From: Mycobacteriales bacterium
GTDB taxonomy: Bacteria > Actinomycetota > Actinomycetes > Mycobacteriales > QHCD01
NCBI GenBank assembly: GCA_040414495.1
Contig: JBEDUI010000054.1
Coordinates: forward strand, 15,253-79,252
Length of the DNA stretch: 64,000 nucleotides
Direction: 5' to 3'
The notes below the pieces were generated by a model. The model saw nothing but the letters and a program-made list of their open reading frames with translations. It was not told where the DNA came from and did not search any database. The first letter of the stretch is position 1. Each line of letters opens with the position of its first letter. This document shows, in pieces, positions 18,110-24,777 of this stretch. Both the position numbers and the translations under genes were made by a program.

Positions 18110-19379
18110 CGCCGCCCTCCCGGAAATCCTGGTGAATGCGCTTGATTGCTTCCCGGGCCGCCCTGCCCGGCCCGTACGCGCCGGCCAACATATTGCTCTG
18201 GATAACGCCCAGATCCGTTTGCGCGTCCAGTGTCTTGGTGTTGTTCGGCCAGGGCATCAGGTGTTGCGGCTCGAGTTCGGTGACAAAGGGCGTTGAGATG
18301 GTGCTCTTGGTGATTTCCGGCGCTTTACGTGCGTCCAAGCGGGACGGGATCGCGCCCGAGGCCTGATAGGTGGCGATTTGGCCCTGCTTGGACATGAATG
18401 CGGTCTCGATGTATTTCCAGGCCGCATCCTTGTGCTTGCTGAAGGCGCCCATCGCGATGGACTCACCGGCGAACGAAACGTGGCTGCCGGCCTTGCCGGC
18501 AGGCATTATCGAGCTTCCCACCGTGAATTTGGGCTTGGCCTGGGCCAGGATCGGCGCTTCCCAGCTGCCGCCTTCGGCGAAGGCGTACTGCCCCGTGAGG
18601 AACCGCATGAATGCGTCGTTCATATTGAGCGTGGAGACGTCCGGCGGCAGATAGCCCTTCTTGCGCCAGCCGTCCACCATGGAAAAGACCTTGGCGGTGT
18701 CCGGCGAGTCAATGTTGCAGTAGTTCACGCCCTGGGCGAGCAACCACATCACGAACATCCAGGTGCTCTGCACGGTGGCGTCGCCGGACAGCGCAATACC
18801 TTTGTATTTTCCGCTCTTGGTGACGATTGCCATGTCGCGGTTGAGCTCATCCAACGTCGTCGGCGGTCGGAGGTGGAACTGGTCCAGAATGGTCTTGTTG
18901 TACCAGAAGCCCAGGTCGTTGAAGCGCCACTGCAGCTCCAACAACTTCTTGTCTTTTTTCCACAGACCGGCGGCCGGATAGACCTTGCGTACCGGGGACG
19001 CGTTCCAGTATTTCGAAATATCGGCGTAGGCGCCACCGGCCGCGGTCAGCGGGAAGTCGACCACCGGATTGCCGACGATCACGTCCGGCCCGTCGCCCTC
19101 GCCGGCGGCCGCGACCAGCTTCGGACCGAAATTATTCATGTCGACGTTGGCCTGCCGAACAATGATGTTCGGATACTTCTTCGCAAAGATCGCATTCAGC
19201 TGGGCGAACGATGGATCGTTGCCGACGTCCGACCAGAGCACGATCGTTGTTTTGCCTTTGGGCGTGTGGTCGAAGGCGTACGACGTGACGACGCAACTCG
19301 ACAGCAGCGTCGCGAGTACCGCGAGCAGGACCGACGCCAGCACCCGCCGGCGTGGCCGGGTCGCCCGGATGTACGACAC
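18099..19379 (-). CDS. extracellular solute-binding lipoprotein (sugar ABC, family 1)
   Basis: Start set at GTG 19379 (GGAGGA 8 nt upstream; the track start 19418 is possible). Lipobox LLSSC. Confidence 0.8.
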   Translation of the reverse strand: MSYIRATRPRRRVLASVLLAVLATLLSSCVVTSYAFDHTPKGKTTIVLWSDVGNDPSFAQLNAIFAKKYPNIIVRQANVDMNNFGPKLVAAAGEGDGPDVIVGNPVVDFPLTAAGGAYADISKYWNASPVRKVYPAAGLWKKDKKLLELQWRFNDLGFWYNKTILDQFHLRPPTTLDELNRDMAIVTKSGKYKGIALSGDATVQSTWMFVMWLLAQGVNYCNIDSPDTAKVFSMVDGWRKKGYLPPDVSTLNMNDAFMRFLTGQYAFAEGGSWEAPILAQAKPKFTVGSSIMPAGKAGSHVSFAGESIAMGAFSKHKDAAWKYIETAFMSKQGQIATYQASGAIPSRLDARKAPEITKSTISTPFVTELEPQHLMPWPNNTKTLDAQTDLGVIQSNMLAGAYGPGRAAREAIKRIHQDFREGGGGC

Positions 19380-19401
19380 CGAGAATTCCTCCGAATAGGG
19401 T

Positions 19402-20517
19402 TTAGTGCGCGGCGGCACGATCCCGACGGGCCAACTCGCTCTGAACGGCCGGGATCAAATGCCGGCCGTAATCGATGGCGTCGTCGAGCGGATCGAATCC
19501 GCGAATCAGGATCGATGTGACCCCGAGATCAATGTAGTCCAGGATTGCCTGGCCCACGGTCTCCGGTGTCCCCACCAGAGCAGTCGTGTTACCCGAGGCA
19601 TTTGTCGCCGCAGCCGTGGGCGTCCACAGTGCCCGGTCGTGGAGCTCGCCTTTTTCCGCCGCAGCCAACAGTCGCTGCGCCGCGACCGACTGCGGTGCGG
19701 CTTTGGTGCCACCCACCAGCGCCGCCGAGGAGACGAACGACCCTTTGCCGCCGCCGCTGGACCGGATTGTGTCCAGAATGCTATGGGCCCGCTCCCACGC
19801 CTGCTCCTCGGTCGCACCGAGGATCGGCCGGAACGAGACCGAGAAACGCGGCGCCGTGGCCCGACCGGCAGCCTCGGCCGCCTGACGCACCGCGGCGATC
19901 TGCTCAGCCGTCTGCGCCAGCGGTTCGCCCCAGAGCATGAAAACGTCGCTCTGCTTACCGCCGACACGATAGGCGGCTGGCGAAGAACCGCCGAAATACA
20001 GGGGAATGCGAGGCGACTGCGCCGGCAGCACGTCGCTGCGGAAATCCTCGAACCGATAATGCTTACCGCGATAGCTGAACGGATCCACGCTGGTCCAGGC
20101 CGATTTCAGTACGTCAAGGTATTCGTCGGTCCGCTCGTACCGCTCATCCTTGGACAGGAAATCACCCTCGCGTCGCTGGTCGGCGTCGCTCCCGCCAGTG
20201 ATGATGTGCACCGCGACCCGGCCGCCGGTGAATTGGTCCAGCGTGGCGAAGGTCCGCGCCGCCAACGTCGGGAAGACAAACCCCGGCCGATGCGCCACCA
20301 GGAAACCAAGCCGCTCTGTCTGCGATGCCGCGTACGCCGTGACCTGCGCACCGTCCGGAGAGGACGATCCATATCCAACCAGTACCTTCGAAAAACCGCC
20401 GTCCTCGTGGGCACGCGCAATTCGGGCAACGAAATCGGGCTGGATTACGGGTCCCTGCCGAGCGCGGATCTCGGACACCTCGTGGGTGCCAATCATTCCG
20501 ATGAATTCAACTGACAC
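19402..20517 (-). CDS. LLM-class FMNH2-dependent monooxygenase (alkanesulfonate-monooxygenase-like), paralog 2
   Basis: GTG 20517 with RBS GGAGGGA. MSVEFIGMIGTHEVSE aligns with MTSEILGMVGTKEVSE of 6469-7575. Confidence 0.8.
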   Translation of the reverse strand: MSVEFIGMIGTHEVSEIRARQGPVIQPDFVARIARAHEDGGFSKVLVGYGSSSPDGAQVTAYAASQTERLGFLVAHRPGFVFPTLAARTFATLDQFTGGRVAVHIITGGSDADQRREGDFLSKDERYERTDEYLDVLKSAWTSVDPFSYRGKHYRFEDFRSDVLPAQSPRIPLYFGGSSPAAYRVGGKQSDVFMLWGEPLAQTAEQIAAVRQAAEAAGRATAPRFSVSFRPILGATEEQAWERAHSILDTIRSSGGGKGSFVSSAALVGGTKAAPQSVAAQRLLAAAEKGELHDRALWTPTAAATNASGNTTALVGTPETVGQAILDYIDLGVTSILIRGFDPLDDAIDYGRHLIPAVQSELARRDRAAAH

Positions 20518-20556
20518 GTGAGGTCCCTCCGCGCAATTACGGTCAGACGGAAGATA

Positions 20557-20580
20557 GTACTAGCCAGTACAGAACGCAAG
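20557..20580. promoter_or_regulatory. candidate TetR operator: GTACT-agcc-AGTAC dyad plus AGTACAGAACG
   Basis: Lies between the TetR stop and the LLM start. AGTACA(R)AACG recurs at 21242-21252, upstream of the TetR gene. Confidence 0.3.
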
Positions 20581-20590
20581 GCTGACGAGA

Positions 20591-21232
20591 TCAGCGGGAG
20601 GGCACCCGAAAGCTGCGCAGATGGCCAATCGCCATCGCCAGCGCGTCCCGCAACGGCGTAACGTCCCGGCGTACGCGCGCCAATAACAATCCGCCTTGCA
20701 CGGCCGCCATCGTCGCCGAGGCCAGCGACGTCGGATCGGCATTCGCGCGCAGCTCGCCCCGGTTCTGCAAGGAGACCAGGCCGCGCTCCAGATAGGACTG
20801 CCACACCGAGAATGCCTCCGCGAGGTGCGCCCGCAACTCGTCTTCGGAATCCACCTCACGCGCAAAGCTGCCCAGCCGGCACGGCAGCGGACCATCATCA
20901 GTGCTGTGCCGGGCCAACAAGCCCGAGGCCCAGGCGTCGAAATCGGCCCAGGTCGTAATGCCGTGCAAACCCGGCTGACTCGCCAACACCTGGTCGAGCT
21001 GGTAGCCGATCACCGCCCGGACCAGGTCCTGCTTGTTGTTGAAGTAGTGGTAAAGCTGCGACTTACCGGCGCCGCAATAGGCCAGCACCTCATCCAGGCT
21101 CGTGGTCGCGATTCCCCGCTCGTACATCAACGCGGCCGCCGCCTCCACAATCGCCGCGCGACTGCGTCGGCCGCGGGCCGTGGCCGGCAGCCGGTCAACC
21201 GGCAGCTGAGCAGGCGTCCCCAATTGACTCAT
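20591..21232 (-). CDS. TetR-family transcriptional regulator
   Basis: 213 aa. HTH RGIATTSLDEVLAYCGAGKSQLYHYF. Confidence 0.85.
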   Translation of the reverse strand: MSQLGTPAQLPVDRLPATARGRRSRAAIVEAAAALMYERGIATTSLDEVLAYCGAGKSQLYHYFNNKQDLVRAVIGYQLDQVLASQPGLHGITTWADFDAWASGLLARHSTDDGPLPCRLGSFAREVDSEDELRAHLAEAFSVWQSYLERGLVSLQNRGELRANADPTSLASATMAAVQGGLLLARVRRDVTPLRDALAMAIGHLRSFRVPSR

Positions 21233-21303
21233 GGACTAGAGAGTACAAAACGAAGTCCAGCCAGAGCCAGACGATCCTCAGCAACAAACCTGATCGGCTC
21301 GCG

Positions 21304-21999
21304 TCAGACGATGGCCGGCACCCCGCGATCAGAGGGCAGCACGGCCTGCAGCGCGGCCGCCAGTTGCGCGGAATGCGCGGTCTCCAGCCCCGCCGCAGGG
21401 ACAGACAGCTGCAACAGACGGGTATTCGGGCTCCGGCGCCGTAGCGTATCCACATCGGACGGTGCGACCGGACTGGTCCGCGACCGGATCAGAATGCTGG
21501 ATGCCGTGGTAGCCAGGCGATCCCACAGCGCCGCGCCGCCGACCGCGGATTGATCCGGAATCGCGTCGACCATGACCAACGTCGTCAGCTGCGGCGCCAG
21601 CGCCGAAGCCGCCAGAGCCGTGAGCGCCCCGGAGCCGAGCCCGACAAGTGCGGTAGCGGCAGGAGCGAGCAGCGCGATCGCCTCGGCCAGGCCGAAAGCG
21701 GCCCGATCTGACGAGCCAACAGACCAGCCGTGGCCGGGAATATCGATGGCGGCGACCGGCGCTCCCAATCGCAGCGCCAGCTCGTCGAGTGAGCGAGCAT
21801 TGCTGCCCTCACGGTGCAGCAATACTGTTCGCGGGCTCAGCCCGGTCCACAGCACGCCGCTGGCCTGTCCCCCGGTGGACAGGTCGACCCAGCGACGGCT
21901 GACAGTCGGCGTCGTATGCGGCGCGATCCCCAGCGCCAGGGCAGTTTCCGGTAAGAGTGCGAATTCGTGATCCAGCGGACGGGCGAAAGACATGATCAC
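21304..21999 (-). CDS. alpha/beta-hydrolase-fold protein
   Basis: 231 aa. DIPGHGWS and LVGLGSGAL elbow region. The catalytic Ser assignment is ambiguous. Confidence 0.6.
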   Translation of the reverse strand: MIMSFARPLDHEFALLPETALALGIAPHTTPTVSRRWVDLSTGGQASGVLWTGLSPRTVLLHREGSNARSLDELALRLGAPVAAIDIPGHGWSVGSSDRAAFGLAEAIALLAPAATALVGLGSGALTALAASALAPQLTTLVMVDAIPDQSAVGGAALWDRLATTASSILIRSRTSPVAPSDVDTLRRRSPNTRLLQLSVPAAGLETAHSAQLAAALQAVLPSDRGVPAIV

Positions 22000-22309
22000 A
22001 TTCCTGACCTGTTTGGGTTCACCGTGGACAGAAATGGGCGCGACCAGGACAAAAGAATTACTGATACAGAAAGAATTTGGTCGGACCCAGAATGATCAGC
22101 GGGCCCGACAGATGCAGGCGTCGACCAACAACAGGTCGACATGCAACCTGCGGGTCAAAATCAGTGTGCCCATAGTTAATGCTTACCAGAGCACGTGCTC
22201 GTACGCCACGGCAAATATCGGCAGCTGTCGGTCCGGGGTGATGACGCTGCCCGAGCGGCTGCCTTCCGCGCCTCGCGACAGGTCGCACCGTCCACTGTCG
22301 ACACTGCGG

Positions 22310-22573
22310 TCAGCTCATGGCCTGCAGGCGCCTGATCACGTCGGTCGATTCGAAGTCGGCGATCTCCACCAGCTTCATGCGGCTGGTCGTGCCGTGGACC
22401 AGCCGCACATCGGCCGGCCTGACGCCCAGCGCCTTCGCCAGCGCGCGCAGTGCGGCCTCGGTCGCCTTGCCGCCGACCGCACGCTCGGTCACCCGAACGA
22501 CCAACGCACCGTCGTACTCGCCGCCGACGGCGGTCGCCGACGCGCCCGGATTTACGCGAATCTGAAGCCTCAT
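22310..22573 (-). CDS. DUF167 (YggU-like) protein
   Basis: Trimmed to MRLQIRVNPGASATAVGGEYDGALVVRV (87 aa). Confidence 0.7.
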   Translation of the reverse strand: MRLQIRVNPGASATAVGGEYDGALVVRVTERAVGGKATEAALRALAKALGVRPADVRLVHGTTSRMKLVEIADFESTDVIRRLQAMS

Positions 22574-22888
22574 CCTGCCGCTCCCCACCAGCGCGCTCCC
22601 GGTCTGCAAGTATCTACGACGGCACCCGAGCCACTTCAGCTGGGTATCGCTCACCCGGTCGTACGGATTCTCCTTACACAGCACGGGATCCCGCCCCGCA
22701 CCGTCAGAAAACCCCAGCCGTACAAGCGTTTCCGGACAAGACTGGGTTCGTCCGGTCGGCCGTCGGACTCGTAGGCAGCTAGCCGGCAAGGTAAAGCTTG
22801 AGTCAAATCGCCCGCTGAATTGGCGCCCATCCCCGTATCGGGTGCAAGATGACGCACTGTCCGATTCCCAACTGACAGGAGGAATGTC

Positions 22889-22948
22889 ATGTCGCAGCTC
22901 TCTGCCCTCGTATCCCTGATCACGGGGGCGTTCGGCGGCGCGTTCTAA
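22889..22948 (+). CDS. candidate 19-codon hydrophobic small ORF (MSQLSALVSLITGAFGGAF)
   Basis: AGGAGG at 22877-22882, 6 nt before the ATG. A strong hairpin lies 17 nt after the TAA. No homology claim. Confidence 0.3.
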   Translation: MSQLSALVSLITGAFGGAF

Positions 22949-22964
22949 GCGAGCCGACATAGGT

Positions 22965-22995
22965 GCGGGCCGCCGAGACTGCCTCGGCGGCCCGC
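22965..22995 (+). terminator. 13-bp perfect GC-rich stem-loop (GCGGGCCGCCGAG-actgc-CTCGGCGGCCCGC)
   Basis: Read directly. Followed by TCTCGG. This is an actinobacterial-style terminator without a long U tract. Confidence 0.5.
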
Positions 22996-23113
22996 TCTCG
23001 GTCCCGTTCCTGCCCGGGACGAGCCGGACGCTCACCGGCACCAGCCACTGTGGACTGACGGTGCCCAAAGAGCGTGCAAGAATGGTCCTTGGTTACACGG
23101 ATGGCGTGTGGCC

Positions 23114-23155
23114 CCGGACGAGATGTGCGCCGTACCCGGTCTGCCAAGACGACGC
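23114..23155 (+). promoter_or_regulatory. guanidine-III (ykkC-III)-like riboswitch aptamer
   Basis: CCGGACGAG-at-GTGCGCCGTACCCGGTC-tgc-CAAGACG-a-CGC versus the recalled T. fusca aptamer CCGGACGAGGUGCGCCGUACCCGGUCAGGACAAGACGGCGC. Both ACGR elements are present. CTCC (23155-58) can pair with SD GGGAG (23163-67). Confidence 0.65.
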
Positions 23156-23176
23156 TCCACAAGGGAGTGAGTCGTC

Positions 23177-23422
23177 GTGGGACAAACGGTGCAGGTCGTC
23201 GGTTCTGTGTTGGTACTGGCCGCTTTCGCCGCCGCGCAGCGCGGTTGGCTGAACGCCAAGTCCACGATTTATCTGGTGTTGAACCTGATCGGTTCGGCGG
23301 TGCTGTCGGTCGAGGCCGTACTGGAGCGGCAGTGGGGATTCCTGCTCCTTGAGGGCGTCTGGGCGATCGTGTCGGCGGCCGGCCTGATCGCGGCACTTCG
23401 CCGCCGCGCGGTTGCGAATTGA
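23177..23422 (+). CDS. small 3-TM membrane protein (not SMR architecture)
   Basis: 81 aa, GTG start, SD AAGGGAG. TM3 FLLLEGVWAIVSAAGL carries a membrane-embedded Glu. Confidence 0.65.
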   Translation: MGQTVQVVGSVLVLAAFAAAQRGWLNAKSTIYLVLNLIGSAVLSVEAVLERQWGFLLLEGVWAIVSAAGLIAALRRRAVAN

Positions 23423-23453
23423 AACGCGCGCCAAACAGACCGCGAATCTGGGG

Positions 23454-23822
23454 TTAGGCTCGGTCCTCGCCCGATGCTGTCTTGATCACGTCGGTGAGGA
23501 TCTCGCGAGAGTTGGCCAGGTCGGTGATCATCTGGTCGATGCGGTCTCGTTCGGCAACCAGGTCGTCAACCAGTTGTGGCGTCGCGATCTGGGACGGGCC
23601 GCCGTCGGTATCGCGCATGCATGGGAGCAGTTCGGCGATCTTCTTGCTGCGCAAGCCCGCGGCGAACAGTTCTTGAACGTGGATGACGCGGTCGACAGCC
23701 CGTTCGGAATAGTCACGCTGCCCGCCAGGCGTGCGGTTGGAGCTGAGCAGTCCTTGCTGCTCGTAGTAACGCAGGGAGCGTTCGCTCACCCCAGTCCGGC
23801 GGGCCAACTCACCTATCCGCAC
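23454..23822 (-). CDS. MerR-family transcriptional regulator
   Basis: 122 aa. (M)RIGELARRTGVSERSLRYYEQQGLL. GTG start. Confidence 0.85.
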   Translation of the reverse strand: MRIGELARRTGVSERSLRYYEQQGLLSSNRTPGGQRDYSERAVDRVIHVQELFAAGLRSKKIAELLPCMRDTDGGPSQIATPQLVDDLVAERDRIDQMITDLANSREILTDVIKTASGEDRA

Positions 23823-23853
23823 GCACGCTCCTCATCGGCATTTCCAACGGGAC

Positions 23854-23885
23854 TTGAACCTGACATTAGTGTCAGATCTTATCGT
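23854..23885 (+). promoter_or_regulatory. MerR-type promoter: TTGAAC, 19-bp spacer containing dyad CTGACA-ttag-TGTCAG, then TTATCG/TATCGT
   Basis: Read directly. The -10 element ends about 7 nt before ATG 23893, which implies a leaderless transcript. Confidence 0.5.
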
Positions 23886-23892
23886 CGCCGGC

Positions 23893-24774
23893 ATGACCAC
23901 AACAACCAAGAACGCGCTCTACGACTACTCCCCGATCATCGACCGTCCATCGATCCGCTGGCCCAATGGCGCGCGGGTGGCGTTCTACGTCGGCCTGAAC
24001 ATCGAGCATTTCCACATCGACAAGCCCTCAACCAGCATCAACGAGGCCACGGCGTCGCTGGTGCCGGACGCGCTCAACTACGGCTGGCGGGACTACGGTG
24101 CGCGCGTCGGAATTTGGCGGCTGATCGAGACCCTCGACCGGCATGGCATCCGAGCCAGCGCGTTGCTCAACTCCGAGGTCGCCGAACACTATCCGCAGAT
24201 CATCGAGGCCGGCCGAGCCCGGAACTGGGCGTGGCTCGCGCACGGTCAGACGAACTCGCGGCTGCACACGGATATGCCGGTCGATGAGGAGCGGGCCACA
24301 CTCACCGAGATCGTCGAGACCATCGAGAAGGCCACCGGGCAACGGCCCCGCGGCTGGATGGGTCCCGGCCTGACCGAGACGTTCCACACACCCGAACTGC
24401 TCGCCGGGCTCGGCCTGAGCTACGTACTGGACTGGACCAGCGACGACCAGCCGTTCGCGCTGAATGTGCCCGGAATGCTGAGTGTCCCGTACACCGTCGA
24501 ACTCAACGACCTCGGCATCTTCACCGCCAACGGTCACACCGGCCCGGAATTCTTGCAAATGTTCACCGACCATTTCGACCAGATATACGCCGACTCCGCG
24601 ACCAGCGGCCGGGTAATGGCTCTGGCCCTGCACCCATTCGTCATCGGGCAGCCATCACGCACCAAATACCTCGACCAGGCGCTCGCCTATGTCGCGGCAC
24701 ACTCCGGCGTTTGGCTCACCACCAGCGATGACATCGCCGAGCATTACCAGCGCGCCCTGCCGGCGACGAAATGA
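23893..24774 (+). CDS. polysaccharide-deacetylase-family protein (PuuE/allantoinase-like)
   Basis: Start trimmed to MTTTTKNALYDY. Collinear with PuuE-type deacetylase-fold proteins as I recall them. Confidence 0.8.
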   Translation: MTTTTKNALYDYSPIIDRPSIRWPNGARVAFYVGLNIEHFHIDKPSTSINEATASLVPDALNYGWRDYGARVGIWRLIETLDRHGIRASALLNSEVAEHYPQIIEAGRARNWAWLAHGQTNSRLHTDMPVDEERATLTEIVETIEKATGQRPRGWMGPGLTETFHTPELLAGLGLSYVLDWTSDDQPFALNVPGMLSVPYTVELNDLGIFTANGHTGPEFLQMFTDHFDQIYADSATSGRVMALALHPFVIGQPSRTKYLDQALAYVAAHSGVWLTTSDDIAEHYQRALPATK

Positions 24775-24777
24775 CGA

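Noticed and set aside
21304-21999. Second alpha/beta hydrolase appearing to lack a nucleophile (elbow LVGLGSGAL)
   Set aside because: The register of the elbow is ambiguous without a structural alignment, since Ser could still occupy the nucleophile position in LGSGA. Not strong enough to claim a pseudo-enzyme.
22189-22200. Perfect 12-bp palindrome GAGCACGTGCTC, and GTCGAC-n9-GTCGAC (22126-22146), in the 310-bp gap upstream of the hydrolase gene
   Set aside because: Single occurrences with no second copy and no obvious cognate regulator. Noted only as possible operator sites.
22640-22876. A second riboswitch (guanidine-I/II or other) upstream of the 19-codon ORF
   Set aside because: CTGGGTTCGTCCGG vaguely resembles the ykkC 5' block, but GGTCCGAGAG, ACACGG and GGGA..AAAAGCCCGGGAGA are absent. 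No paired ACGR hairpins were found.
23041-23060. GCCACTG string (23044-50) reminiscent of the cobalamin-riboswitch core
   Set aside because: No B12 box and no surrounding conserved blocks. The downstream gene is unrelated to cobalamin. Judged a chance 7-mer.
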